From the NCBI RefSeq assembly GCF_002854065.1, contig NZ_CP024147.1: DNA of 64,000 nucleotides, one strand, 5' to 3'. The notes beneath the pieces were generated by a model. It was not told where the DNA came from. It did no database searches and saw nothing but the letters and a program-made list of their open reading frames with translations. Shown here one piece after another: positions 1 to 11,143 of the stretch; the stretch's first letter is position 1, and each line of letters opens with the position of its first letter. This DNA is from Escherichia coli. GTDB lineage: Bacteria > Pseudomonadota > Gammaproteobacteria > Enterobacterales > Enterobacteriaceae. The position numbers and the translations under genes are program-made.

Positions 1-158
1 GCCGTGCCGATAAACACCCACTGCCAACGGATGTCTGAAGCCGTGTCGACCACCAGTTTGGTGCCATCCAGCTCCAGTTGTACGCCCATAAAGACGCCCG
101 CCAGGACAAAAAACATCGCGGCAGAGAACAACGCCATTGCAATATGCATCGGTTTCAT
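1..158 (-). CDS. livM: Branched-chain amino acid ABC transporter permease LivM, N-terminal end only (gene runs off window start)
   Basis: Minus-strand frame begins MKPMHIAMA; start codon overlaps livH stop (ATGA); synteny with livH/livK. Confidence 0.8.
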   Translation of the reverse strand, partial: MKPMHIAMALFSAAMFFVLAGVFMGVQLELDGTKLVVDTASDIRWQWVFIGT

Positions 159-1081
159 ACTTTCTCTACCTCCGGGCGACCCAGAATACCGGTAGGCATC
201 ACCAGCAGCACCAGAATCAGCAGGGCGAATGAGACCACATCTTTATATTCCGTACTCAGATAGGCAGAAGAGAGCGCCTCCGCAATCCCCAGAATCAGCC
301 CGCCAATCATCGCTCCCGGAATGCTGCCAATCCCACCGAGCACCGCCGCGGTAAAGGCTTTCATCCCGGCCATAAAGCCGATGTAGGGGTTAATTACGCC
401 GTAGAACTGGCCGAGCAGTACGCCCGCCACCGCCGCCATCGCCGCACCAATCACAAAGGTCAGCGCAATCACCCGGTCGGTGTTAATGCCAAGCAGACTC
501 GCCATTTTCAGATCTTCCGCACAGGCACGACACGCGCGCCCCATACGGGAATAACGAATGAAAATCGTCAGCGCCAGCATGGCGAGGAAAGTAACAATCC
601 AGATCACCGCCTGCATGGTAGTAATAGAGGCAGAGAAGTTTTCGCTATGGCCCACCACCCACTGACCGTTAAACAGGCTCGGCAGCGCCACGTCGCGCGA
701 ACCTTCGGTCAGGCTGACGTAGTTTTGCAGGAAGATGGACATACCGATTGCCGAGATGAGTGCAATCAGGCGCTTGGAGTTACGCACCGGGCGATAGGCC
801 ACCCGTTCGATACTCCAGCCGTAGGCGCTGGCAATGACGATTGCGCCGACGAATCCCGCCGCCACCAGCAGCCAGCCGGTATCAATGCCCAGCATCATCA
901 GCGCGGCGATGATCATAAAAGAGACGTAGCTGCCAATCATGTAAACCTCGCCGTGGGCGAAGTTGATCATGCCGATAATGCCGTAAACCATGGTGTAGCC
1001 GATGGCTATCAGCGCGTAGGTACTGCCCAGCGTGACGCCGTTAAACATCTGCTGCAAGAAATATAAAAACTGCTCAGACAT
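155..1081 (-). CDS. livH: Branched-chain amino acid ABC transporter permease LivH
   Basis: 308-aa polytopic membrane protein MSEQFLYFLQQMFNGVTLGSTYALIAIGYTMVYG...; recognised LivH sequence; operon context. Confidence 0.95.
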   Translation of the reverse strand: MSEQFLYFLQQMFNGVTLGSTYALIAIGYTMVYGIIGMINFAHGEVYMIGSYVSFMIIAALMMLGIDTGWLLVAAGFVGAIVIASAYGWSIERVAYRPVRNSKRLIALISAIGMSIFLQNYVSLTEGSRDVALPSLFNGQWVVGHSENFSASITTMQAVIWIVTFLAMLALTIFIRYSRMGRACRACAEDLKMASLLGINTDRVIALTFVIGAAMAAVAGVLLGQFYGVINPYIGFMAGMKAFTAAVLGGIGSIPGAMIGGLILGIAEALSSAYLSTEYKDVVSFALLILVLLVMPTGILGRPEVEKV

Positions 1082-1128
1082 AAGGTAACCTTTCTAAACC
1101 CGCCCGCATTTCACGGGCGGTGGGATTT

Positions 1129-2238
1129 TCACTTGGCTGCCGTGGATGAACCGTCGGCGTGCCACTGGAAGACACCAAAATCAAATCCCTTAAGATCGCC
1201 TTTTTCATCCCAGTTCAGCGGCCCAATCACGGTGTTTGCACCGTTAGCTTTTAAATCTTTCACCAGCGCCAGCGGCTCATCGCTGCCGGTACGTTCAAGG
1301 GCAGTTGCCAGAGATTGCACCGCCGCGTAGGTGATCCAGACATAAGGCCCGGACGGATCTTTCTTGTCTGCTTTCAGCGCATCAACGATGCCCTGGTTTG
1401 CCGGATCCTGGTCATAGCGTTTTGGCATAGTGACCAACATGCCTTCGGCGGCATCACCGGCAATGTTCGACAACGACGCATTACCCACACCTTCCGGCCC
1501 CATAAACTGGGTTTTCAGGCCAACGGAACGGGCCTGGCGCAGCATCTGCCCCATTTCCGGGTAGTAACCGCCGTAGTAAACGAAGTCGATGTTTTCTTTT
1601 TTCAGGCGGGCGATCAGCGCGGAGAAATCTTTCTCCCCGGCGGTAATACCGTCGAAGAAGACGACGTTGGCGTTAGCCGCTTTCAGCCCGTTCTGCACCG
1701 AACGCGCCAGCCCTTCGCCATACTGTTGTTTGTCGTGAATGATGGCGATGCGCTGGGGCTTCACCGTCTCAAGAATGTATTTTGCCGCCGTTGGTCCCTG
1801 GGAAGAGTCCAGCCCGGCAGTACGCATAATGTGTTGATAACCGCGTTGGGTCAGCTCCGGGTTGGTCGCTCCCGGCGAGATCATCAGAATACCTTCGTCT
1901 TCATAGATATCTGACGCAGGCTGGGTAGAAGAAGAACACAGATGACCAATAACGTATTTAATGCCGTCATTAACGATTTTGTTGGCGACCGCAACGGCTT
2001 GTTTCGGGTCGCAGGCGTCGTCATATTCCACGCCAACCAGCTTATCGCCTTTAATTCCCCCTTTGGCATTAATGTCTTTAATCGCCTGACGCGCGCCGTT
2101 AAATTCCATATCGCCCCACTGGGCAATCGGGCCGGACATCGCGCCGACAACGGCAACTTTAATATCGTCGGCTAAAGCGGTGTGTGAAATTGCCAGTGCA
2201 ATCATCCCTGCGATGATAGTTTTCGCATTCCGTTTCAT
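1129..2238 (-). CDS. livK: Leucine-specific periplasmic binding protein LivK
   Basis: ORF 1129..2292 trimmed to internal start [23 protein letters not shown] (signal peptide), giving 369 aa; paralog of the livJ product downstream. Confidence 0.9.
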   Translation of the reverse strand: MKRNAKTIIAGMIALAISHTALADDIKVAVVGAMSGPIAQWGDMEFNGARQAIKDINAKGGIKGDKLVGVEYDDACDPKQAVAVANKIVNDGIKYVIGHLCSSSTQPASDIYEDEGILMISPGATNPELTQRGYQHIMRTAGLDSSQGPTAAKYILETVKPQRIAIIHDKQQYGEGLARSVQNGLKAANANVVFFDGITAGEKDFSALIARLKKENIDFVYYGGYYPEMGQMLRQARSVGLKTQFMGPEGVGNASLSNIAGDAAEGMLVTMPKRYDQDPANQGIVDALKADKKDPSGPYVWITYAAVQSLATALERTGSDEPLALVKDLKANGANTVIGPLNWDEKGDLKGFDFGVFQWHADGSSTAAK

Positions 2239-2661
2239 AGTCAAAAATCCCCATTCGTGATGTTGTGTTGCTTTGTTTTTATGTGTTAACAAATCAGACT
2301 GTTCTTTTTTTATACTGCACTGTTTTTGCCTGTCTGATTAAGGGTTTAGCGCAGTATTTTGTGATAATAGCGATTAAAGTCCCTATTTTTCAGTCGATTA
2401 AGAACAGATAATATTCTGAATTTATTGATAGATAAACAGAAAAAAGCGCCTTTGTCAGCATAAAATAACGGCACAAAGGGCGGAATAATTCACTACCATT
2501 CAGGGGATTATGCTGGGTATTTTTCATTCTCTAATGTTTTAACTTTGTAATTATTGCTGTTAAAAAATTAATCACCTGCCAAAAGAAATAAAAAAGAGAA
2601 AGCCTCCGATTAAATTATTTCGCTACACTGGTTCCACTTTTGTGATTTACACGGGTTCCCC

Positions 2662-3045
2662 ATGAAGCTGACCATCATTCGATTAGAAAACTTTAGCGAC
2701 CAGGACCGGATTGACCTGCAAAAGATCTGGCCGGAGTATTCCCCTTCCTCTTTACAGGTTGACGATAACCACCGTATCTACGCCGCGCGTTTTAACGAGC
2801 GCCTGCTCGCGGCCGTGCGGGTAACCTTAAGCTGCACGGAGGGCGCACTGGATTCCCTGCGCGTGCGGGAAGTCACCCGCCGTCGCGGTGTGGGGCAATA
2901 TCTGCTGGAAGAGGTTTTGCGTGATAATGCCAGCGTTTCATCCTGGTGGATGGCGGATGCAGGCGTGGAAGATCGCGGCGTGATGGCGGCGTTTATGCAG
3001 GCACTGGGATTTACGGCACAACAGGGCGGCTGGGAAAAGCGTTAA
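2662..3045 (+). CDS. panZ: PanD maturation factor PanZ (YhhK), GNAT-fold
   Basis: 127-aa ORF MKLTIIRLENFSDQDRIDLQKIWPEY...; sits between livK and livJ as in K-12. Confidence 0.9.
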   Translation: MKLTIIRLENFSDQDRIDLQKIWPEYSPSSLQVDDNHRIYAARFNERLLAAVRVTLSCTEGALDSLRVREVTRRRGVGQYLLEEVLRDNASVSSWWMADAGVEDRGVMAAFMQALGFTAQQGGWEKR

Positions 3046-3084
3046 TCGTCAAGTTTGATTTCAAAAGTGATGACCAACGAGAAA

Positions 3085-3192
<108 letters not shown>

Positions 3193-3244
3193 AACGTACT
3201 CGATATTAGCAATTTGGCGGCAACCCAAAGTTGCCGATTAATGA

Positions 3245-4348
3245 TTACTTCGCATCGGTCGCCGTGCCGTTGGCGTGCCAGTCAAACACACCGAACTCAA
3301 AGCCTTTCAGATCACCTTTCTCATCCCACGTCAGCGGACCCATCACGGTATCAACCGAGTTCGCTTTCAGGTATTTGGCGATCTCAGCCGGATCGTCAGA
3401 CTGATTCAGGCCCGCCTGCAAAGATTGCAGCGCGGCGTAGGTGGTCCAGACGAATGCGCCGCTTGGGTCCTGTTTTTTCGCTTTGATCGCATCAACAATG
3501 GGTTTGTTCGCCGGAACCTGATCGTAGTTCTTCGGCTTGGTCACCAGCAGCCCTTCCGCTGATTCGCCCGCAATGTTAGACAGCGAAACGTTAGCCACGC
3601 CTTCCGGCCCCATAAACTGAGTTTTCAGCCCTGCCGCGCGTGCCTGACGCAGGATTTGCCCCATTTCCGGGTGATAACCGCCGTAGTAAACGAAGTCGAT
3701 ATTCTCTTTTTTCAGACGCGCCACCAGCGTTGAGAAATCTTTTTCCCCGGCGGTGATACCATCAAAGAACACCACGTTAGCATTGCCTTTCTTCAGGCCG
3801 TCCTGCACCGCTCGCGCCAGACCTTCGCCGTATTGCTGTTTGTCGTGAACGATAGCAATACGCTGCGGTTTCACTTTCTCAAGAATATATTTCGCCGCCG
3901 TCGGCCCCTGGTCGGAGTCCAGGCCGGTAGTGCGCAGGATCAGCTGATAGCCACGGGCGGTCAGCTCCGGCGCGGTTGCCGCTGGGGTGATCATTAAAAT
4001 GCCTTCGTCTTCGTAGATGTCAGACGCAGGCTGCGTTGATGAAGAACAGAGGTGACCAATCACATATTTAATGCCGTCGTTAACGACTTTGTTCGCCACC
4101 GCAACCGCCTGTTTCGGGTCACAGGCATCGTCATATTTTACGATTTGCAGTTTGTTGCCTTTAATGCCGCCTTTAGCGTTGATATCCGCAACCGCCTGCT
4201 CTGCGCCGGTAAACTCCTGGTCACCGTACTGCGCAACCGGACCGGACATTGCGCCCACGACCGCGACTTTAATATCTTCTGCCAGAGCCATATTACTGAA
4301 TGCCAGCGCGATACATCCTGCCAGTAACGCTTTACCCTTTATGTTCAT
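3245..4348 (-). CDS. livJ: Leu/Ile/Val periplasmic binding protein LivJ
   Basis: ORF 3245..4405 trimmed to [23 protein letters not shown] (signal peptide), 367 aa. Confidence 0.9.
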   Translation of the reverse strand: MNIKGKALLAGCIALAFSNMALAEDIKVAVVGAMSGPVAQYGDQEFTGAEQAVADINAKGGIKGNKLQIVKYDDACDPKQAVAVANKVVNDGIKYVIGHLCSSSTQPASDIYEDEGILMITPAATAPELTARGYQLILRTTGLDSDQGPTAAKYILEKVKPQRIAIVHDKQQYGEGLARAVQDGLKKGNANVVFFDGITAGEKDFSTLVARLKKENIDFVYYGGYHPEMGQILRQARAAGLKTQFMGPEGVANVSLSNIAGESAEGLLVTKPKNYDQVPANKPIVDAIKAKKQDPSGAFVWTTYAALQSLQAGLNQSDDPAEIAKYLKANSVDTVMGPLTWDEKGDLKGFEFGVFDWHANGTATDAK

Positions 4349-4561
4349 CCTGAGAATCCCCATTCTTCTGGTTATTACGTGTGTTGTGATGTTGTTGTTC
4401 AGCACTTTATTTCGTTTTATGCATGACTACCCGTGCTTTAGCAGCATACTCTGCTAAAACATACCCGATTTTTATGATATTGGAATAGCTATTTTGACAG
4501 TTTATTAACAATCTGCGTGGGGATTGGCGTTTTGCCGGAGGGGAAATTGATTATTGTAGAG

Positions 4562-4602
4562 GCCCAAAAAACAAAAACCCCGGACTCGCATCCAGGGTTC
4601 TC
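4562..4602 (-). terminator. Probable intrinsic terminator of rpoH
   Basis: On the minus strand a GC stem (cccugg...ccgggg, one G-U pair) is followed by a U-run, immediately after the rpoH stop. Confidence 0.5.
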
Positions 4603-4618
4603 TGCTTAATAGCGGAAA

Positions 4619-5473
4619 TTACGCTTCTATAGCAGCGCGCAGTTTTTTCATCGCGTTCTTTTCCAGCTGGCGTACACGTTCAGCGGAAACACCGTAACGG
4701 TCAGCCAGTTCCTGCAACGTGGACTTGTTGTCTTCGTCCAGCCAGCGCGCGCGGATGATGTCCTGGCTGCGTTCGTCCAGACCCTGCATCGCGTCGGTCA
4801 GACGGTTTGCTGCCTGCTCTTCCCAGTTATCATCTTCAATGCCGTCGGCAAAGTTAGATGATTTATCCTGCAGATAGAGCACCGGTGCCATCGGTTGGCT
4901 GTCGGAATCGTCGTCGGAAGACAGGTCAAAGGTCATGTCCTGTGCCGCCATACGTGATTCCATCTCACGTACGTCTTTGCTGGTTACGCCCAGTTCACGG
5001 GCCACCATTTCGACTTCATCCTGGTTAAACCAGCCCAAACGCTGCTTGGTTTTACGCAGGTTGAAGAACAGTTTGCGCTGCGCTTTGGTGGTCGCAACTT
5101 TGACGATACGCCAGTTACGCAGAACGTATTCGTGGATCTCTGCTTTGATCCAGTGAACGGCGAAGGAGACCAGGCGCACACCCACTTCCGGGTTAAAACG
5201 GCGCACTGCTTTCATCAGGCCGATGTTACCTTCCTGAATCAAATCCGCCTGTGGCAGGCCATAGCCCGCATAATTACGAGCAATATGAACAACAAACCGC
5301 AGGTGAGACAGGATCAGCGTTTTAGCTGCTTCCAGATCGCCATGGTAATGCAGCTTTTCAGCCAGCGCCCGCTCCTCGTCAGCCGACAACATCGGCCACG
5401 CGTTAGCTGCCCGGATGTAGGAATCCAGGTTGCCAACTGGGGCTAAAGCTAAACTTTGCATTTTGTCAGTCAT
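4619..5473 (-). CDS. rpoH: RNA polymerase sigma-32 (heat-shock sigma factor)
   Basis: 284-aa [54 protein letters not shown]...; recognised RpoH. Confidence 0.97.
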   Translation of the reverse strand: MTDKMQSLALAPVGNLDSYIRAANAWPMLSADEERALAEKLHYHGDLEAAKTLILSHLRFVVHIARNYAGYGLPQADLIQEGNIGLMKAVRRFNPEVGVRLVSFAVHWIKAEIHEYVLRNWRIVKVATTKAQRKLFFNLRKTKQRLGWFNQDEVEMVARELGVTSKDVREMESRMAAQDMTFDLSSDDDSDSQPMAPVLYLQDKSSNFADGIEDDNWEEQAANRLTDAMQGLDERSQDIIRARWLDEDNKSTLQELADRYGVSAERVRQLEKNAMKKLRAAIEA

Positions 5474-5560
5474 TCAAATCCTCTCAATCGATATCTTCTG
5501 GCGCTTCAGTGGTAGCAACAACTGTGCCAGAGCTTAAGAGCAACGAGGTTATCATTCACT

Positions 5561-5596
5561 GTTTTATCAGACCGTGATTTTATCCACAAGTTCAAT
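5561..5596 (-). promoter_or_regulatory. rpoH sigma-E dependent promoter (P3)
   Basis: Minus strand reads tGAACTTgtggataaaatcacggTCTGAtaaaac: sigma-E -35 GAACTT and -10 TCTGA with ~16-nt spacer, ~100 nt upstream of rpoH ATG. Confidence 0.6.
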
Positions 5597-5717
5597 GCAA
5601 GCTTGTGAATAAATTACGCACAAAATGTGACATAGAGATGAAATACCGGGAAGAGACAACGGGGTCTCTTTCCCTACTACGGAACCCATTGCAGGGAAAG
5701 AGTATAACACGCTTTTA

Positions 5718-6776
5718 TTATTCAGGCGTAAAGTGGCGTAAATGTTGTACCGTGGCAAGCCACGCTGCCACCCAGCCAATCATCGAGCATACCAGCAGCA
5801 ATAGCAGGCATTCATCGAACGATAAGCCATTGATATCAAACTTCGTTCCGAAAACCTGTGCCACTTCCGCAACCGCCGATGACAATCGCAGTACCAGAAT
5901 TTCTGACAAAATTAGTGACAACAATGCGCCAGAAAACCCCAGCAATGCGCCACCGTACAGGAACGGGCGCAGGATGAAACCATCCGTTGCACCAATCAGT
6001 TTCTGCACGTTAATGGAGTCACGACGAGCAAAGATACTCAGGCGTACACTGTTACCGATGACGAGGAACACTGCCGCCACCATCAACACGCCGATCATCG
6101 CCGAAACGCGCCCGACCAGCCCGGTCAACGCCGCCAGACGAGCAAACCAGCTGTCATCCATCCGCACTTCGTCAATGCCGTTAATCTGCGTGATACGATC
6201 GCGCAGCGTATTCAGTGATTCCGTCCCCTGAAAATCGAGTTTCGGGATCACCACCGCCACTGCCGGAAGCGGGTTTTCTTCCAGCATATCCAGCGCACCA
6301 CCAAAACCAGACCAGTTACGGAACTCACCCAGTGCGTCTTCACGAGAAAGATAATTCACTTTCTCCACGCCTTGCTCGGCCTGCAACTGTGCCACCACGC
6401 CCGCAGCAGCGTCATCGTCCAGCGTTTTTTGCAGATAAACAGTGATTTGCGGTGACGGATAATATTGCGTCGCCGCCTGGTTAACGTTTTTGTACACCAT
6501 ATAACAGACGCTGGGCAGCGTCAGGGAGATGGCGATAACCATCACCGTTAAAAACGTGGCGAACGGTTTGCTTTTCAGATCCTGCAATGCGCCGTGGAAG
6601 GCATAGCGCACCTGTTCGTTGAAAACGTTGGTTTTGCGATTTACCGGTTTTGGCGAGGATTTCGCGCGTTTCGGTGCGTTACGACCGCCGTCGCCTGAGC
6701 CGCCGACCGATTTACGGAAGCGATCAAGACGCCCGCCAAACTGCCGAATATGATTGATTGCATCGCGCTTATTCAT
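5718..6776 (-). CDS. ftsX: Cell division ABC-type permease-like protein FtsX
   Basis: ORF 5718..6803 trimmed to [15 protein letters not shown]... (352 aa); overlaps ftsE stop; ftsYEX operon order. Confidence 0.9.
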
Positions 6777-7437
6777 GGCCCACGCCTCCATGCAAGTGAC
6801 CATCGCTCAGGGTGAGCATGCGATAGGAACGCCGCGAAATCAGGTTGATGTCGTGCGTTGCCATCAATACGGTTACCCCAACGCGGTTAAACTCTTCAAA
6901 CAGACGTAGAATCCCTTCCGACAACGCGTCGTCCAGGTTACCAGTCGGTTCGTCCGCCAGCAGTACCGCGGGCTTATTCACCACCGCGCGGGCAATGCCA
7001 ACACGCTGTTGTTCACCGCCGGAAAGCTGAATAGGAAAGTTCTTCGCTTTGTCCAGTAGCCCGACTTTATCCAGCGCCGCCGACACCCGGCGACGAATAT
7101 CGTCACCGCTGGCACCGGCGATAATCAGCGGGATCGCCACGTTATCGTAGACAGTACGGTCCATCAGTAGATGGTGATCCTGGAAAATCATGCCAATCTG
7201 GCGGCGCAGAAACGGAACTTCACGGTTTTTCAGACGCGTGATGTCATGGCCGCTAAACCAGATTTTCCCGGCGCTGGGCCGCTCAATCCCACAGATCAGC
7301 TTCAGGAGGGTACTTTTCCCTGCGCCGGAATGACCGGTCAGAAACGCCATCTCACCCGGCTGCATATGGAACGTAACGCCCTGCAGCGCCTGTCTCCCAC
7401 CGAGATAAGCCTTGCTGACATGTTCAAAGCGAATCAT
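6769..7437 (-). CDS. ftsE: Cell division ATP-binding protein FtsE
   Basis: 222 aa, Walker [13 protein letters not shown] signature LSGGEQQR, Walker [12 protein letters not shown]. Confidence 0.95.
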
Positions 7438-7439
7438 TG

Positions 7440-8936
7440 TTAATCCTCTCGGGCAAAAAGTGCCTCTATAAAGTCGTCCGCCTTAAACGGACGCAAATCC
7501 TCAATACGTTCGCCGACACCAATGTAGCGGATAGGGATACCAAACTGGTCAGCCACCGAGAAAATTACCCCGCCTTTCGCCGTGCCGTCCAGTTTCGTTA
7601 GCGTGATGCCGGTTAAGCCAACAGCTTCGTGGAACAGTTTGGCCTGGCTTACCGCGTTCTGCCCGGTGCTGGCATCAATAGTCAGCATAACTTCATGCGG
7701 CGCTTCAACGTCGAGTTTCTTCATCACGCGGACGATTTTCTTCAACTCTTCCATCAGATGCGATTTGTTCTGCAGACGTCCGGCGGTATCGGCAATCAGG
7801 ACGTCGATATTACGCGCTTTAGCTGCCTGAATGGCGTCGAAGATAACAGAGGCGGAATCCGCACCGGTATGCTGGGCAATCACCGGAATATTGTTGCGCT
7901 GACCCCAGACCTGAAGCTGTTCAACCGCTGCTGCACGGAAAGTATCGCCCGCCGCCAGCATCACCGATTTACCCTGCTGCTCAAACTGACGCGCCAGCTT
8001 ACCAATCGTCGTGGTTTTACCCACACCGTTGACGCCCACCATCAGGATCACGAACGGCGTTTTACCTTCAACATTCAGCGGCTCATCGACTTTCGCCAGA
8101 ATCTCGCCCATCTCTTCTTTCAGCAGGCCATAGAGCGCCTCGGCATCACGAAGCTGCTTGCGGGATGCGCCTTCCGTCAGATTGGTGATAATTTTACGTG
8201 TGGTTTCCACGCCCACATCGGCGATCAACAGCTGTTCTTCCAGCTCTTCAAAAAGATCATCGTCGATTTTTTTACCGCGGAACAGGCTGATAAATCCGGA
8301 ACCGAGGTTTTCTTTGGTTTTTAACAGGCTGCGTTTCAGGCGCGCGAAGAAACCTTCTTTGGTCGGCTTTTCCTGCTCCTGAGCAATTTCTCCCACCGGC
8401 TGCTCTTCTTCTGCCGGAGGAACCACCATCACCGCCTCTTCTGCCGCTTCGGCAGCCAGCGCCTGTGTTTCCAGCTCTTCGTCGGTGATTTCTTCTTTAG
8501 CCGCTTCTTCTTCCGCCGCTTCGACAATCTCTACGGTTTCCGCTTCAGCCTGCCACTCTTTTGGCGAAACCTCTTCGGCGTTGACGTCTTCCGGCAACGG
8601 CAGTTCTTCACGTTCGATAGCCACTGGCTCCGGCGTTTCTTCTACGACCGGTTCCGGCTGTGCAACGACTTCCGCTTCAGGCTGCGCTTTTTCACTTTCA
8701 GCTACCTGTTCAGTGACTTCCACAACTTCGGCAGCAAAAGTTTCCGCCTCGGCTTCAGTATGCGCCTGCGGCTGCTCTTCAACGGCTTGTTCAGAAGCCT
8801 TCACAGGCTCTTGCGCCTGAACGATTTCTTCTACAACCGGTTGTTCATTCTGAACTTCTGTCTCTTTTTCCGGGGTCTGCTCTTTTTGACCAAAGCCCAG
8901 CCAGGAAAAAAAGCCACGTTTTTTTTCTTTCGCCAT
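7440..8936 (-). CDS. ftsY: SRP receptor FtsY
   Basis: 498-aa ORF with acidic E/A/Q-rich N-terminal domain and C-terminal SRP-GTPase NG domain (GVNGVGKTTTIGKLA, DTAGR). Confidence 0.95.
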   Translation of the reverse strand: MAKEKKRGFFSWLGFGQKEQTPEKETEVQNEQPVVEEIVQAQEPVKASEQAVEEQPQAHTEAEAETFAAEVVEVTEQVAESEKAQPEAEVVAQPEPVVEETPEPVAIEREELPLPEDVNAEEVSPKEWQAEAETVEIVEAAEEEAAKEEITDEELETQALAAEAAEEAVMVVPPAEEEQPVGEIAQEQEKPTKEGFFARLKRSLLKTKENLGSGFISLFRGKKIDDDLFEELEEQLLIADVGVETTRKIITNLTEGASRKQLRDAEALYGLLKEEMGEILAKVDEPLNVEGKTPFVILMVGVNGVGKTTTIGKLARQFEQQGKSVMLAAGDTFRAAAVEQLQVWGQRNNIPVIAQHTGADSASVIFDAIQAAKARNIDVLIADTAGRLQNKSHLMEELKKIVRVMKKLDVEAPHEVMLTIDASTGQNAVSQAKLFHEAVGLTGITLTKLDGTAKGGVIFSVADQFGIPIRYIGVGERIEDLRPFKADDFIEALFARED

Positions 8937-9085
8937 TTGCGACTACACTCCTCGCTGTTGCTTCATGGCACAGCGTTAACGCTATGTACATAGCAGCTAA
9001 AAAAATGATGAAATAGTCTATCACTTAACTTAATTCACATCACCGCCTGCAAGTATGTGTTATCTGGCGGATTGAGCAATTTATC

Positions 9086-9682
9086 ATGAAAAAACCGAAT
9101 CATTCCGGCAGCGGCCAAATCCGCATTATTGGCGGGCAGTGGCGAGGCCGTAAACTCCCGGTTCCTGATAGCCCAGGTCTGCGCCCCACCACCGACCGCG
9201 TACGCGAAACGTTATTTAACTGGCTGGCTCCGGTCATTGTTGACGCCCAATGTCTGGATTGCTTCGCCGGAAGCGGCGCACTGGGGCTGGAAGCGTTATC
9301 ACGCTACGCTGCGGGGGCCACGTTGATTGAGATGGATCGTGCAGTTTCTCAGCAGTTAATTAAGAACCTGGCGACACTAAAAGCAGGCAATGCACGCGTG
9401 GTGAACAGCAACGCAATGTCATTCCTGGCGCAAAAAGGCACACCGCATAATATCGTGTTTGTCGATCCACCGTTCCGCCGTGGCTTGTTAGAAGAGACGA
9501 TAAATTTACTGGAAGATAACGGCTGGCTGGCTGATGAAGCCCTGATTTATGTCGAAAGCGAAGTCGAAAACGGTCTGCCCACTGTTCCGGCAAACTGGTC
9601 ATTACATCGGGAAAAAGTGGCGGGTCAGGTGGCTTATCGGCTGTATCAACGCGAAGCACAAGGAGAAAGTGATGCTGATTAA
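9086..9682 (+). CDS. rsmD: 16S rRNA m2G966 methyltransferase RsmD
   Basis: 198 aa, MKKPNHSGSGQIRIIGGQWRGRKL..., SAM-MTase motifs (LDCFAGSGALGLEA, VFVDPPF). Confidence 0.93.
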   Translation: MKKPNHSGSGQIRIIGGQWRGRKLPVPDSPGLRPTTDRVRETLFNWLAPVIVDAQCLDCFAGSGALGLEALSRYAAGATLIEMDRAVSQQLIKNLATLKAGNARVVNSNAMSFLAQKGTPHNIVFVDPPFRRGLLEETINLLEDNGWLADEALIYVESEVENGLPTVPANWSLHREKVAGQVAYRLYQREAQGESDAD

Positions 9683-9941
9683 TATTGGACGTTTGTTAAT
9701 GCTCTGCGTTTGGGGATTTTTAATCCTCAACCTGGTGCATCCCTTCCCGCGTCCGCTGAATATTTTCGTTAACGTGGCGCTGATTTTTACCGTGCTGATG
9801 CATGGTATGCAGCTGGCGCTGTTGAAATCGACCTTGCCGAAAGATGGCCCGCAGATGACCACCGCCGAAAAGGTGCGGATTTTCCTTTTCGGCGTGTTTG
9901 AACTGCTGGTCTGGCAGAAGAAATTTAAAGTTAAAAAATAA
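9672..9941 (+). CDS. yhhL: Small inner-membrane protein YhhL (DUF1145)
   Basis: ORF 9549..9941 trimmed to MLINIGRLLMLCVWGFLILNL... (89 aa); start overlaps rsmD 3' end by ~11 nt. Confidence 0.8.
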   Translation: MLINIGRLLMLCVWGFLILNLVHPFPRPLNIFVNVALIFTVLMHGMQLALLKSTLPKDGPQMTTAEKVRIFLFGVFELLVWQKKFKVKK

Positions 9942-9943
9942 CC

Positions 9944-10303
9944 TTATTGTTTGCCTACAAAGCTGACAAAGCGCGTTCCTTTATAGCTCAGCGTACCTTT
10001 ATCGCCCACTGTCAGGGCGTGGTACTGCTGGGCGTCGAGGCGAAACGTTTGCTCCATTCCTCCGCTTTGCGGTTTGAAGCTTGCCTCATAGCGTATACTG
10101 GTGCCTGCCGGAGTCACTTCTTGCTGGCGCGAACGGCGATCGTTAATCGGTTTTTCCCGCTTGTTGCTCACCACCACCAGCTTTTGCTGGAGCGGAGCCA
10201 TATCATTATCAGCTTTTTCCCGTCGCTGTTGCATAAAACGAAACGATGCGGCGACGACAATTAAGCCAATGATAACAATAAAGAAAAGAGGTGGTTTGCT
10301 CAT
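9944..10303 (-). CDS. yhhM: Uncharacterised membrane-anchored protein YhhM
   Basis: 119 aa, N-terminal TM helix MSKPPLFFIVIIGLIVVAASF; convergent with yhhL with only ~2 bp between stops. Confidence 0.85.
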   Translation of the reverse strand: MSKPPLFFIVIIGLIVVAASFRFMQQRREKADNDMAPLQQKLVVVSNKREKPINDRRSRQQEVTPAGTSIRYEASFKPQSGGMEQTFRLDAQQYHALTVGDKGTLSYKGTRFVSFVGKQ

Positions 10304-10443
10304 CTTTATCCCTCATCGGAAAATGCGGAATTAAGCATACCCTGCCAGTTATGGTGTTGTCATCCGTCCACCCTCGCCACTAAACTGGAAGCAAGACCGT
10401 AGGCATTCCGCCTACGAAAAAATAACGAATTCAAGGAACTAAG

Positions 10444-11070
10444 ATGCTTTGGTCGTTTATCGCTGTCTGTCTTTCCGCATGGCTATCTGTGGATGCATCG
10501 TATCGTGGGCCAACCTGGCAACGCTGGGTGTTTAAACCGTTAACCCTTCTTCTCCTGCTGTTACTGGCCTGGCAAGCGCCGATGTTCGACGCCATTAGCT
10601 ATCTGGTGCTGGCAGGGCTGTGCGCCTCACTGCTGGGCGATGCGCTAACCCTGTTGCCACGTCAACGTCTGATGTACGCCATCGGCGCGTTTTTCCTCTC
10701 GCACCTGCTGTACACCATCTATTTCGCCAGTCAGATGACGCTCTCTTTCTTCTGGCCTCTGCCACTGGTGTTGCTGGTTCTGGGCGCGCTGTTACTGGCG
10801 ATTATCTGGACGCGGCTGGAAGAGTATCGTTGGCCCATCTGCACGTTTATCGGCATGACGCTGGTGATGGTGTGGCTGGCAGGTGAACTGTGGTTCTTCC
10901 GTCCGACCGCTCCGGCACTCTCTGCGTTTGTCGGCGCTTCGTTGCTGTTTATCAGTAACTTTGTCTGGCTGGGTAGCCACTATCGCCGACGCTTCCGTGC
11001 GGATAACGCGATTGCTGCGGCCTGCTACTTTGCCGGTCACTTCCTCATCGTCCGCTCGCTGTATCTCTGA
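10444..11070 (+). CDS. yhhN: Inner membrane protein YhhN (TMEM86 / lysoplasmalogenase family)
   Basis: 208-aa polytopic membrane ORF; position between yhhM and zntA. Confidence 0.88.
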
Positions 11071-11075
11071 TAAAA

Positions 11076-11109
11076 CTTGACTCTGGAGTCGACTCCAGAG
11101 TGTATCCTT
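11076..11109 (+). promoter_or_regulatory. zntA promoter with ZntR (MerR-family) operator
   Basis: TTGACT -35, then perfect 22-bp palindrome actctggagtcgactccagagt inside a ~20-bp spacer, then TATCCT -10; ~35 nt upstream of zntA ATG. Confidence 0.8.
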
Positions 11110-11143
11110 CGGTTAATGAGAAAAAACTTAACCGGAGGATGCC

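Noticed and set aside
7629-8324. 231-aa plus-strand ORF (plus further ORFs at 7582..7830, 8158..8382, 8485..8820, 8760..8993) antisense to ftsY
   Set aside because: Fully embedded in the recognised ftsY frame; low-complexity translations typical of antisense frames of GC/GA-rich acidic coding sequence.
7800-8900. Possible tandem DNA repeats in the ftsY 5' half
   Set aside because: This is the coding sequence of FtsY's acidic low-complexity domain (repeated E/A/Q/V codons), not a non-coding repeat array or CRISPR.
9549-9671. N-terminal 41-aa extension of yhhL in the six-frame ORF
   Set aside because: Lies inside rsmD in another frame; the internal start (GTGATG after AGGAGAAAG) gives the 89-aa membrane protein.
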